Notes under the pieces: generated by a model
Told to the model about the DNA's origin: nothing
Databases searched by the model: none
What the model saw: only the letters and a program-made list of their open reading frames with translations
Shown here: piece after piece, positions 51,762 to 61,704 of the stretch
How the letters are laid out: each line of letters starts with the position of its first letter
How positions within the stretch are numbered: position 1 is the stretch's first letter
Position numbers and translations under genes: made by a program
Source of the DNA: an uncultured delta proteobacterium
Lineage (GTDB): Bacteria > Desulfobacterota > Zymogenia > Zymogenales > Zymogenaceae
Length of the DNA: 64,000 bases
Assembly (NCBI GenBank): GCA_963735595.1
Contig: CAVTLK010000002.1
Location: forward strand, 256,001 to 320,000
Direction of reading: 5' to 3'

Positions 51762-53240
51762 ATGACCATGAATTCGAAACTGAATCAACGGCTTACCGCC
51801 GCTATTACGGGCGGCGATATCAGCCGGGACGCCGGCCAGATCGCGGGGTCGCTGACCGAAAACCCGCTGATCGAAAGAGGCGCCGCCCCGAATTGTATCG
51901 TCCGTCCGGGGACGGTTGAGGAACTGACCGAGCTGGTCAGGCTCTCGAACGAGACGGGGCTGAACCTGACGGTCACCTCATCAACGGGGCGCCACTCCAG
52001 GGGGGGGATTGCTGCGGATGAGGACAATACCCTCATCGACCTTTCGGCGTGGAAGGAAATCGAACACATCGAACGCCGAAACCGCGTCGCCCTGATCCAG
52101 CCGGGGGTCACCTATGGGGAGCTGTCAAAGGCCGCACGGGAACAGGGTATGGTCATCCCGATGCCGATGGCGCCGCGCAGCGGCAAGAGCGTCGTCGCGT
52201 CCGTAACGGATCGTGAGCCCACGACCTGGCCCAACAAGCAGTGGGATTGGGGCGATCCCGTGGGAAGCACCGAGGTGATCTTCGGCAACGGTTCGCTGTT
52301 CAGGACGGGGTCCGCCGGCGGGCCCGGCACGCTGGAAAGGCAGCGGAGCGCCGGGGGCGCGCAAAAATACTCGGGAGGCCCTTCCCAGACGGATCTCCAC
52401 CGCGTGGTGCAGGGATCCCAGGGTACAATGGGGATCGTCACCTGGATCACCATCCGCACTGAGTTAGCGCCTACCGTCCAGAAGCCGTTTCTGATCGGAA
52501 CCGACAGCCTTGATGCCCTGACCGGGTTTGTGTACGAGGTGCAGCGGCCCGGACTCGGGGAACACGTCTTTATACTGAACGACCGATCCCTCGGCATGCT
52601 CATGGCCGGGTCGGGCGGGGCGGCGCCGGGCGGCACATACGAAAACCTTCCCCGGTATAGCTGTCTTATCAACATCGCGGGGTTCGAGCGGCTCCCGAGG
52701 CAACGGGCCCGGTATCAGGAACGGGACATCCGTGAGATCGCCAAGAGGCACACGTTATCGCCGGTTGATGCCCTCGGCGCGGTATCGGCCGAAGACCTGC
52801 TCGATGCATCGACCCGGCCGTGCGGGGAGGTAGACTGGCGGCACGGGCTTACGGGAGACTGCCTCTCGGTATTTTTCCTGACGACGCTCGATAAAGCCCC
52901 GCCGCTCATACAGCTCTTTTCCGATACGGCAAAGGGGCACGGGGTGGAGGCCGGAGACGTCGGCATCTACGTCCAGCCGGTCGTGCAGAATCATTCGTGC
53001 CACGTCGAACTACTGGTGCCGTTCGAGCGGGACGAGCCGGGCGTAATTGAGCGCATGCGGGCGTTGGAGAAGGCGGCGGTCACGGGACTCATCGGCGCGG
53101 GAGCCTTTTTCAGCAGGCCGTACGGCGCCTCCCGGGATATCGTGTTTGCGCAAAACCCGGTCCAATACGAGCTCATGAAGAAGGTGAAGACGATTTTTGA
53201 TCCCGGCCGGGTGCTCAACAGGGGTAAGTGGGGCCTTTGA
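51762..53240 (+). CDS. FAD-binding oxidoreductase (VAO/GlcD-GlcE family)
   Basis: IVRPGTVEE, IDLS, QPGVTY, GSQGTMGIVT, KVKTIFDPGRVLN.GK. Confidence 0.88.
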   Translation: MTMNSKLNQRLTAAITGGDISRDAGQIAGSLTENPLIERGAAPNCIVRPGTVEELTELVRLSNETGLNLTVTSSTGRHSRGGIAADEDNTLIDLSAWKEIEHIERRNRVALIQPGVTYGELSKAAREQGMVIPMPMAPRSGKSVVASVTDREPTTWPNKQWDWGDPVGSTEVIFGNGSLFRTGSAGGPGTLERQRSAGGAQKYSGGPSQTDLHRVVQGSQGTMGIVTWITIRTELAPTVQKPFLIGTDSLDALTGFVYEVQRPGLGEHVFILNDRSLGMLMAGSGGAAPGGTYENLPRYSCLINIAGFERLPRQRARYQERDIREIAKRHTLSPVDALGAVSAEDLLDASTRPCGEVDWRHGLTGDCLSVFFLTTLDKAPPLIQLFSDTAKGHGVEAGDVGIYVQPVVQNHSCHVELLVPFERDEPGVIERMRALEKAAVTGLIGAGAFFSRPYGASRDIVFAQNPVQYELMKKVKTIFDPGRVLNRGKWGL

Positions 53241-53311
53241 TCCGTCCGGCGAGGTCCGACCTCGGCCGGTCACAAGGGAGCGCTTGAGCGTTAGCGAGAC
53301 AGGAGTCATGA

Positions 53312-55042
53312 ATGATAACGGATAAAGAACGAAAAACCCTTCAGGACATCGTATCGCCCCGGTGGGTATTTACCTCGCCGTGCATGATGGATACCTACGC
53401 CATGTACATGAATCCGGAGACGCTCAACCGGGAAGGCGGCCGCTGGGCCCCCCGACCGGCAGCCGTTGTGTTGCCGGAATCGACCGGGCAGGTCCAGGAG
53501 ATCATGCGCTTCTGCAACAAGAGCGACCTCATGGCAAAGCCGCTTTCGACGGGGTTTCATACCGTTGCGGCGGCCTCGCGGGACCGGGTGATCATTCTTG
53601 ATCTGAAACGCATGAACCGGATCATCGATATCGATATAAAGAACCAGATCGCCGTGGTCGAGCCCTACGTGAAGGCGTATGAGCTTCAGACGGAACTCTT
53701 CAAACACGGCCTTAACGTGCACATCATATCGTCGGGCAGCAACCATTCGATCCTTGCGTCCCACGCGGCCGCATGGGGGTACGGTTTTTCCGGGCCGTGG
53801 ACGAGCCACAGCGGCAGGAACCTGTTGGGCGTGGAGTGGGTGCTGCCGACAGGCGAGGTATTCACGCTGGGAAGCGCGGGGGCGGGCGCCGGCTGGTTTA
53901 CCGCCGACGGCCCCGGGCCGTCCATGCGGGGGATCCTCCGCGGATTCTCCGGGACGTTCGGGGGACTGGGGGTCTTCACGAAGTGTGCGGTGAAACTCTA
54001 TGCGTGGGACGGCCCCGACAAGTGGGAGGTGCGCGGGAAGGCCCCGGTCTACCACCTGGCCGACTATCCCCGCAAGGTGTTCATGAACATCCTCTCGTTC
54101 CCCTCGGCCCAGGCCATGAAGGACGCGGGGTATAAGCTCGGGGAGGCCAACATCGAGTACGCCCAGTTTCGCACCCCCTCCTTTTTCGTTGCGCTGGGAC
54201 TCACCGAGAACAACGAGCAGCTCAAGACCGCGCTCGAGACCGGGATATTCGAGAAGATCGCGAAATATGTCCTGGTTAATGCGGTGGTCGGTTACTCCGA
54301 CCGGGAATGCCGGTGGAAGATGAAGGCCATGAGGCAGATACTCAAGGAGACCGGCGGCGTGTCGATCCCCATGTCCCTCAAACCCACCCCGAAGATGCTT
54401 GAGGCGCTTCACGCGATGAGGCGGTCCGCGCTTGCCGGATGGCTCATCGACGGGATCAAGGACCCGCTGGCTATACTGCGGCGATTTCCCTTTTTGCAGG
54501 AGATCGTCAACCGTCTTCCCGTCGGTAAGCAGGACCGCCTCGAAACGTACTCGCGGCTCTTCTGGCTGTTGATTCGAAACGCCGTGAACACGCAGGCGAC
54601 CTCGCGCCCCTCCCAGGGGATGAATACGATGATGGGGTCATTCGATACGTGGGACCTGGGCGTGGAGCAGTCCGAGTGGATAGCCCGGGCCAAGCGGAAG
54701 TACATCGAACGGGGCCATATCGTGGACGACGGGGGCGACCTGGGTTGCGGGGGCACGTACGAGGGGGGCCACCTCGGCTACGTGGAGGGGATCATACTCT
54801 ACAACACGAAGGATCGGCAGTCGATTATCGATACGGGAGACCTGATCAATGAAGGGATCGACGCCACGATAGACAAGGCGATGGGGATTCCCATCGCGGG
54901 CATGGGCAGCGTCATGAACGCCCGGCTCGGTCCGGCGTGCCGCAACTACCAAGTCTGGCAGAGCAAGATAAAGAAGGCCCTCGATCCGAACAACGCCTCG
55001 GATCCCTTTTTCTACGCCGAGCCGGAAGAGGGAGAGCCGTAA
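53312..55042 (+). CDS. FAD-binding oxidoreductase (VAO/GlcD family)
   Basis: PAAVVLPEST.QVQ, ILDLKRMNRI, VEPYV, NLLGVEWVLPTGE, GGLGVFTK, KIKKALDPN. Confidence 0.88.
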   Translation: MITDKERKTLQDIVSPRWVFTSPCMMDTYAMYMNPETLNREGGRWAPRPAAVVLPESTGQVQEIMRFCNKSDLMAKPLSTGFHTVAAASRDRVIILDLKRMNRIIDIDIKNQIAVVEPYVKAYELQTELFKHGLNVHIISSGSNHSILASHAAAWGYGFSGPWTSHSGRNLLGVEWVLPTGEVFTLGSAGAGAGWFTADGPGPSMRGILRGFSGTFGGLGVFTKCAVKLYAWDGPDKWEVRGKAPVYHLADYPRKVFMNILSFPSAQAMKDAGYKLGEANIEYAQFRTPSFFVALGLTENNEQLKTALETGIFEKIAKYVLVNAVVGYSDRECRWKMKAMRQILKETGGVSIPMSLKPTPKMLEALHAMRRSALAGWLIDGIKDPLAILRRFPFLQEIVNRLPVGKQDRLETYSRLFWLLIRNAVNTQATSRPSQGMNTMMGSFDTWDLGVEQSEWIARAKRKYIERGHIVDDGGDLGCGGTYEGGHLGYVEGIILYNTKDRQSIIDTGDLINEGIDATIDKAMGIPIAGMGSVMNARLGPACRNYQVWQSKIKKALDPNNASDPFFYAEPEEGEP

Positions 55043-55191
55043 CCGAGGGGAAATCCACGCGTAGAGGCGGATGCGGATGCGGGCAGGTTCGGACGGCGAC
55101 CGACCGGGCCGCGCGACGCATCGGGGCGCGGGTTCCCGTGCTCACATAACGGCCGAAGAGCCGGAGTATTACGTAATTGAGGAGACCCGTC

Positions 55192-56235
55192 ATGAGCAGA
55201 GATGTATTCGAGGCCTGGACCGGTCCCGGCAAGAGGGACAGGGAAATCCAGCTGATCGAGCCGAAAGAAAACGCGGTTCACGTAGTGGACGGCAGGACCT
55301 ACCTGGAGTGGTGGTATTTCGACGCCATCCTCGAGACCGGGCACGTGGTGATCGGCTTTTTACAGGCATCGGAGCTGTTGAGCCGCAAACCGGGCGTCGA
55401 GCTTCATGTCTATCTGCCCTCGGGCGAAAAGCTGTCTGAAATCAAACGCTATGACGTATCGGACGTGCGGATCTCGGAAGATATCTGCGACGTTCGGGTC
55501 GGGGACAACAGCGCGTCGGTTACGTACCCGCAGGGCGGGGCCCCGCCGGTCTATACGATCCACATTGCCGAGGGTAATCTCGAGGCGAAATTGACCTTCA
55601 CGGTTCAGGTCCCCGGCTGGAGGCCGGGCCTGGGTAAGACAACCTACGGCAAGAAAGGCTACTTTGCCTGGATCGTCCCGATCCCGAGGGCGCGTGTGGA
55701 AGGTACGATCAGGATCAACGATACGGTCATTGCCGCCCGGGGAATCGGGTACCATGACCACAACTGGGGAACGGCCGATATGAAACGGATCCTCACCCAC
55801 TGGTACTGGGGGAGGATTTACGCCGATGATTTCACCCTCATCTATGCCTATGTACGGACAAACCGCCGTTTCGGGAACGCATGCTCAAAGCCGCTGATGA
55901 TAGCCCATAAGGACCGGATAATTTATAGTACCGGGCAATGGGAGCTATCGGAGGGGCCGTCCGTCTTTAATGCCGTCGCCAACCGGCACTACCCGCGGTA
56001 CGTGACGATAGACGCGCCGGGGGAGTTTTCGCTGAGGCTGGACGTGAAAGAGATAATCGACGCCCATGATTTCCTCGAAGGCCTGAATCCTCTCCTCAGG
56101 TGGGGGATCAATACAACCTTCGGCCGGCCCGGCTATTTCAGGTTCAAGTCGGATTTCGACCTTACCGTCGTCGATAAAAAAGAAGCGTTTCACCGCACGG
56201 GGCAAACCCTCCACGAAATGGTGGCGCTGAAATAG
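55192..56235 (+). CDS. CrtC/AttH-like (lipocalin-fold hydratase/cyclase family) protein
   Basis: EWWYFDA, W.VPIPRARVEG, GIGYHDHNWG, WYWGR. Confidence 0.75.
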   Translation: MSRDVFEAWTGPGKRDREIQLIEPKENAVHVVDGRTYLEWWYFDAILETGHVVIGFLQASELLSRKPGVELHVYLPSGEKLSEIKRYDVSDVRISEDICDVRVGDNSASVTYPQGGAPPVYTIHIAEGNLEAKLTFTVQVPGWRPGLGKTTYGKKGYFAWIVPIPRARVEGTIRINDTVIAARGIGYHDHNWGTADMKRILTHWYWGRIYADDFTLIYAYVRTNRRFGNACSKPLMIAHKDRIIYSTGQWELSEGPSVFNAVANRHYPRYVTIDAPGEFSLRLDVKEIIDAHDFLEGLNPLLRWGINTTFGRPGYFRFKSDFDLTVVDKKEAFHRTGQTLHEMVALK

Positions 56236-56317
56236 CGCCCGCACGGAGATGAGCGGAGTGGTCCGTCAGGGGCCCTATCCTTTGGACAAGTGCCGGCTTC
56301 TATGATATATCAAAAAC

Positions 56318-56971
56318 ATGACCAGGCATAAACAATCGGACGATACGTGGCGGCGTATTCTTGATTCCGCCGAAACGCTGTTCGCGAAGGCGGGTTACGA
56401 CGGGGCCTCCACCCGCGAGATCGCCAAGGCGGCGGACGTCTCGATCAATACACTGCACTACCATTGCGGCGGCAAGAAAAACCTTTACGAAAAGGTGCTG
56501 GAGCGGGCCCTGGTCTCCGTTACGGCGCTGGTCAATCGGCACGTCGAGGGGATGCTCGGCAAAGACCTGGGCGACGCCGGGATGCTCGAGGAGTCCGTCA
56601 CCCGGCTTATCGATGAGCTGTTCGATATGCTGCATGCGCACCCCAACTACGCCCGGCTCTTTATTCGCCAGCTGCTGGTTACCGATCTTGACCTCAGGAA
56701 CGTGGAGGACGATACGTTGGTGCCGACACTCCGGGTCTGGTCGGAGCGGATAGAGTCTCAAATCGATACAAAACGCCTCGGGACGATGAACCTCTTTCTC
56801 TTCTTCCTCTCGGCAAGCCTCATGTACTGGGGCCTGTTTGTCCAGCCGAAGTTTATCGCGAGGTATTTTCGGATCGACCCTAATTCCGACGCGTATCTTT
56901 CAATCCTCAAGGGCCACGCCAGGGAGATGACGCTCAGGATGATTGAAGAGCGTCGACCGCAGTTGCCCTGA
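56318..56971 (+). CDS. TetR/AcrR-family transcriptional regulator
   Basis: RILDSAETLFAKAGYDGASTREIAKAADVSINTLHYH..GKKNLY. Confidence 0.93.
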   Translation: MTRHKQSDDTWRRILDSAETLFAKAGYDGASTREIAKAADVSINTLHYHCGGKKNLYEKVLERALVSVTALVNRHVEGMLGKDLGDAGMLEESVTRLIDELFDMLHAHPNYARLFIRQLLVTDLDLRNVEDDTLVPTLRVWSERIESQIDTKRLGTMNLFLFFLSASLMYWGLFVQPKFIARYFRIDPNSDAYLSILKGHAREMTLRMIEERRPQLP

Positions 56972-57005
56972 CACGCGCCTGGTACACAATCCCGCCCGCG
57001 CCCGA

Positions 57006-57938
57006 TTATCCCCTCGAAACGGTATCCGTTCGTCGTGAGTCGCGGATCACTTTAATTGCGCGTTTGGGGAACAGGAGGAAGACCGCGCAGTTAATGAGCC
57101 CCGGCAGGCGGTTCATGACGAAGAAATCCCTGACGGAACCGGCGGCGATCACGATTTTCTCGAACGGCGTGGTCTGATTGATATGTCCCGGGGGTGTGCG
57201 TCTTTTCGATGATGCTCTGCGCAGATACCGAAGCCGGGCGACCCACAGGAGCGGCACGTACCCGCAGTATCTTTTTACTATATCTATCGCCGTTTTCAGC
57301 GCCTGGTCGTATCGGCTGCGTGTCTTTGTTTCGGGGTGCTCCCGGTATTGGGCGACGACCTCGTTGACAAAGCCGATCTCCCCGATACGCGCAAGCTTCC
57401 ACCACAGGTCGTAGTCCATGCCGAAATGGAGGGCCTCGTCAAGCCCCCCAACGCGCTCCCACGCCTGCCGCCTGATCAATGACGCCGGCTGGCAGATGGT
57501 ATTGAACGAGGCGAATATGCGGGGAGAGAAGGGCCGGGAGTAGTGCGCACCGATGACGGTTCCGTTCTCGTCGATGATCTCCCCGTGCCCGTGCGCCGCA
57601 ACGCATTCTTCGTGCTCGTCCAGAAAGCGCGCAAGGTCCGTGAGCCTTTCCGGGAACACCACGTCGTCGGCATTTACCCAGCAGACGTATCGTTCGGTGT
57701 CGGCCATGCGCGCGCCTTCGTTGACGGCCGCCGATTGGCCCGCGTCGGGGCGGGACCTCCAGTACTTAAATCTCTCTCCATATTCCCTTATGATATCGAG
57801 CGAATTGTCGGCTGACCCCGCGTCCATGAGCACGACGGAGATATCCAAGCTCGGCTCCGCAAAGAGGCGCTCAAGGTTTCGTGCGAGATACCGCCCCTGA
57901 TTGAGGTTGGGTATTACTATCAGAATCCCGGTCATCAT
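57006..57938 (-). CDS. Glycosyltransferase family 2
   Basis: IPNLNQG, DAGSADNS, PDAGQSAAVNEG, WVNADD, ICQPA, MDYDLW. Confidence 0.9.
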   Translation of the reverse strand: MMTGILIVIPNLNQGRYLARNLERLFAEPSLDISVVLMDAGSADNSLDIIREYGERFKYWRSRPDAGQSAAVNEGARMADTERYVCWVNADDVVFPERLTDLARFLDEHEECVAAHGHGEIIDENGTVIGAHYSRPFSPRIFASFNTICQPASLIRRQAWERVGGLDEALHFGMDYDLWWKLARIGEIGFVNEVVAQYREHPETKTRSRYDQALKTAIDIVKRYCGYVPLLWVARLRYLRRASSKRRTPPGHINQTTPFEKIVIAAGSVRDFFVMNRLPGLINCAVFLLFPKRAIKVIRDSRRTDTVSRG

Positions 57939-57966
57939 TTCATCGCAATAATGCGGATAATTGGGG

Positions 57967-59205
57967 TTACGTCCCACCTGTCCTATTCGGACGGGGGCCT
58001 TCTTGTGTTGTTCTTCGCGACGTTACCCGGCCTTTTATCCATGAAAGGAGCTTCATAGATTTATACACCGGGTCAACGAACGGGAGCGTGTAGTAGAAAT
58101 AGCGTTTTCGGTCGAAACAACCGGGGGTCTCTTCGAAGACCCTGAGATGATCCCCGGCCGTATTTTCGGGAGAGAAAAGCCGGGCCCGCCGCCTCCCTTT
58201 CCTCGAAAGCTCCGCCCTCAGCTGCCCGTCGGTGATGACGTTATGAACCGCCTGGGCGAGCCCGTGCGAATCCAGCGGATCTATCAGCAGGGCCGCATCG
58301 CCGACCACCTCCGGGATGGACGTCGTGTTCGAACAGATTACCGGGCAGCCGACGGCCATCGCCTCAACCAGCGGTATGCCGAATCCCTCAAACAACGACG
58401 GATAGCACAGGCATACCGCGTTCTTGTACAAGGATATGAGGTCGGGCTTGTCAACGAATCCGAGCGATATGACCCGGTCGGCGATGCCGAGCCTCCGGCT
58501 TTCCGCGAGGACATCAAAGCCGTCCCGGGGGTCCTCGCCCGTCAGGACGAGGGAGACATCGTCCCGGTACTGTTCGTTGAGTATCCGAATCATCTCGAGG
58601 AGCGTGCGGTGGTTCTTATGCTTCCAGCGGTTTGCCGGGTAAAAGACGTACTGCCGGGGAATCCCGTCCGGCCGCGGCGGCCCGGTCCGGCCGTAATCGG
58701 CGTAAAAGTCGCTTTCGGCGCCCAGGTATATCCGTACTACCTTACGGGGGTCGACGCCATAGCGTTCGATGAGGGCATTTCTCGAAAAATCCGATATGGT
58801 AATGACCCTGTCGGCCATTGTCACGGAGTTCTTATAGTGTATCCTTCTTGCCAGGAGGGACCGTCCGGTAAAGAACTGCGGAAAAAAGCTATCCTGAATA
58901 TCGGCCAGGGTGTAGACGCTGGGAATGGGCACCGGCCTCGGCTCCAATATCCCAACGGGGCAGAAATAGAGATCGAGCTTCCTGACATGCCCCAGGATCT
59001 CCGAAGGACGCGCAACCTGAATGCCCCGTTCAGCCCATCTATTACTTTTCAATGCACTGAGGAAGCGGAGGTTGTCTTCCGTAAAGAAGAAGGTGTAGTC
59101 ATTGCCGGTATCGTTCTCCAACAGGAAATCGAAGAGGTTGCTGAAATAGACTCTCAAGCCCCCGATCTTATCCTCGAGATTGATACAATTAACGCCGATT
59201 TTCAT
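57967..59205 (-). CDS. Glycosyltransferase family 4 (GT-B)
   Basis: [39 protein letters not shown]...SIPEV.GDA. Confidence 0.92.
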   Translation of the reverse strand: MKIGVNCINLEDKIGGLRVYFSNLFDFLLENDTGNDYTFFFTEDNLRFLSALKSNRWAERGIQVARPSEILGHVRKLDLYFCPVGILEPRPVPIPSVYTLADIQDSFFPQFFTGRSLLARRIHYKNSVTMADRVITISDFSRNALIERYGVDPRKVVRIYLGAESDFYADYGRTGPPRPDGIPRQYVFYPANRWKHKNHRTLLEMIRILNEQYRDDVSLVLTGEDPRDGFDVLAESRRLGIADRVISLGFVDKPDLISLYKNAVCLCYPSLFEGFGIPLVEAMAVGCPVICSNTTSIPEVVGDAALLIDPLDSHGLAQAVHNVITDGQLRAELSRKGRRRARLFSPENTAGDHLRVFEETPGCFDRKRYFYYTLPFVDPVYKSMKLLSWIKGRVTSRRTTQEGPRPNRTGGT

Positions 59206-59295
59206 TATCTATTTCATTAAAGGTTGGCCGGCATATCAGACAGGATATATGCGCCTATCCCCGGGATGCAGAAATCATCCCGTGAACGGAGGCTG

Positions 59296-60384
59296 TCACT
59301 CTTTCGTGTCGGAAGAGTACTGTTTCCTGAACTTTGATAGGTCGTTGATGGGCCTCCATAAGGCTCGAAAGAATATCTTTTTCATCGTTCGCGCGGGATT
59401 GTCCCTTATCTGACTGAGGATATCCGGCGTCTTCTCGATGACGTCACTCAATGTCATGGGGTTTGCTTTAAACTCGGCCGATACGGCCTTTTCAAGGAAA
59501 TATTCGCGGATGCCGTCAACGGACGCCTTCAACGCCTTATTGTACTCATCATGAGGGCTGGTATCGTTAAGCCACGTAATTTTTGAGACAGTGCTTTCGT
59601 GTATGTTTCTATTGAAAAATATATCATTTGCCTGATCCGATATGAAATGGGACCCGGCATCCAAACCGATATTTCTTATAAATCCTTTTGTCGGGAGCAA
59701 ATGGACCTTATGGAAATAGAGCGTGAGGATAGCTATCTTAACGTCCCACGCCGGAGACGTATCCCAGATCTTCTTTCTTCTCCTCGAAAAATCCCGCGCG
59801 AACAATACGAGATCGTTTCCCGCGGTATTCGGGATGTCCCTGTAGGCCCGCAAATCCGCCCCGCCCCCGGAGAAATGGGAGGAGATCATATCCCAGCGGT
59901 CCTTCCATGTGGCCCATCCCCACCCCATAAACCGCGCGGAGCTCACAAAGCTGTACCGATACGACTTAAAAAAACTATCCTCTATTTGTTGATAGCCACC
60001 AATCGAGAAAACCCTGCTGTCCCTTTCGTAATGCTGCAATGCCCTTTTCACTACGGAATAGAAGCCGGGCATTGGGAGGCAGTCGTCTTCAAGAAAAATC
60101 GCTGAGCTATATGATCGAAATACCGAATATATGTTGTCAACGACCCCTGCTAATCCCTCGTTTTTATCCTTAAAAAAGTAATCGACACCGGCCCAGTCAA
60201 TTCCCTTGGCGACCCTCTTACACTCCTCGACGGGACCAACGGACGTTTCGTTTTTCGGCCCATCTATAAATACTATCACGTGATCGACATCCTGGGTTTT
60301 AACGGCGGACACTATCCGGGCGAACATATCCGGCCGGTTATAGGCAAACAGCACACAGGGCACTATGTTCTTCTTATGCGCCAT
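59296..60384 (-). CDS. GT-A fold sugar transferase (GT2-like)
   Basis: VLFAYNRP, FIDGPK, IFLEDDC, WGWATWKDRW, NIGLD. Confidence 0.85.
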   Translation of the reverse strand: MAHKKNIVPCVLFAYNRPDMFARIVSAVKTQDVDHVIVFIDGPKNETSVGPVEECKRVAKGIDWAGVDYFFKDKNEGLAGVVDNIYSVFRSYSSAIFLEDDCLPMPGFYSVVKRALQHYERDSRVFSIGGYQQIEDSFFKSYRYSFVSSARFMGWGWATWKDRWDMISSHFSGGGADLRAYRDIPNTAGNDLVLFARDFSRRRKKIWDTSPAWDVKIAILTLYFHKVHLLPTKGFIRNIGLDAGSHFISDQANDIFFNRNIHESTVSKITWLNDTSPHDEYNKALKASVDGIREYFLEKAVSAEFKANPMTLSDVIEKTPDILSQIRDNPARTMKKIFFRALWRPINDLSKFRKQYSSDTKE

Positions 60385-60450
60385 CGATATACCCGTAGGC
60401 TAACATTACCGTACGATCAGCTCATTAGTATTAGGTGACGTTTCCAAGTC

Positions 60451-61401
60451 CTATGGTGTCTGATACTTCTCTTTAATTTTCTGGACAATCCTTTCGTAGC
60501 GAACGCCAAGGATATAAATATACTTTTCGGTATGCTCATTGATATAGTTGAATAAGAAAGGAAATTTTGTCCGGTTTCGAAAGATTAGCCCATATATGCA
60601 GTCGGCGAATATCACCGCCAGTAAACCGAAAATTTCCAACAGGTATAACAACTTATGGAAGACCGTTATATTCTGGGGAAGGAAGACGTAACTGGAATAA
60701 CGGCCCAAGACAAATGCGTTGTATATATTCCAAGATTTCTTCATTTTCTTCGGCTGCACGAGGTGGAATGTATACAGCTCCGGTACGTAGAGTGTCACGG
60801 CATCCGGTTTTCTATTTCTGATTTTCCGTATTAATGCGGCTTCTTCACCGTATCCCAGGGCATCACCATGATGTCCAAGTATGGGATCGAAACCACCGTG
60901 CTTGTTAATGAGACTCCTCCGAAAAAACATATTCGGACCGTGCACGTACTCAGTATGGGATAGTGTCCTCGTTTCAGGGCCGAGGTAAAGCGACTGGTAT
61001 CGGTCCTGAAACCAGGCCGGCTTTTTGCTCAAATAGAAAGGGTAATAAGGCCCGCCAAAAATATCCGGAGATTGATCCTCGATTATCTTGACAGCTACTT
61101 CCAGCCAGTTCTCCGGTACCCTACAATCATCGTCGGTGAAGCCCACGTATTCAGTCTGCGCCAGGCGCACGCCCGCATTACGCGCGTGAGACGGTCCCGG
61201 TTTCGTCTCAAAAACGTAGCGCACATTACCACGGCCGTTAAAACTCTCGACAACGGAACGGGTGTCGTCCGTGGAGTTGTTGTCAGAAATGATTACTTCG
61301 TATCGGGATTTATCGAGACTCTGGTTGCACAGGGTTCCCAGTAATGACCGGAGCCACTCGGCACGGTTATAGGTGCAAACGACAACCGATATTTCAGTCA
61401 T
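60451..61401 (-). CDS. Glycosyltransferase family 2
   Basis: SVVVCTYNR, DNNSTDDT, SHARNAG, FTDDDC, GGFDP.LG..YGEE. Confidence 0.92.
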   Translation of the reverse strand: MTEISVVVCTYNRAEWLRSLLGTLCNQSLDKSRYEVIISDNNSTDDTRSVVESFNGRGNVRYVFETKPGPSHARNAGVRLAQTEYVGFTDDDCRVPENWLEVAVKIIEDQSPDIFGGPYYPFYLSKKPAWFQDRYQSLYLGPETRTLSHTEYVHGPNMFFRRSLINKHGGFDPILGHHGDALGYGEEAALIRKIRNRKPDAVTLYVPELYTFHLVQPKKMKKSWNIYNAFVLGRYSSYVFLPQNITVFHKLLYLLEIFGLLAVIFADCIYGLIFRNRTKFPFLFNYINEHTEKYIYILGVRYERIVQKIKEKYQTP

Positions 61402-61704
61402 TTTTTGACCGCGCTATTTATGAAGAAGCTTATCCATACTGTTTCGTTGGAAATCCGATATGTATCGGTATATTCACTATACCTGTACGTCGCGGGTTTC
61501 ACGCAATGTTCAACGGTATATATGGCGCCCATAAATCCCTCTCCGAGTCCGTCCTCTAATGAATCGTAACGCATAGAACGCACCTGTCAGCGAGGAGCAG
61601 GCCAGGAGACGCGAACATGAGCAAGAAGCATTAAGATAGCGCCTGGTCCTTGGCCCTGATACAAGACATCGATATCTTTTACGGAAGCGATCCTCGGTCT
61701 ACTA

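Noticed and set aside
61398..61583. 61-aa ORF between glycosyltransferases
   Set aside because: No motif or clear RBS; cannot be supported as a gene
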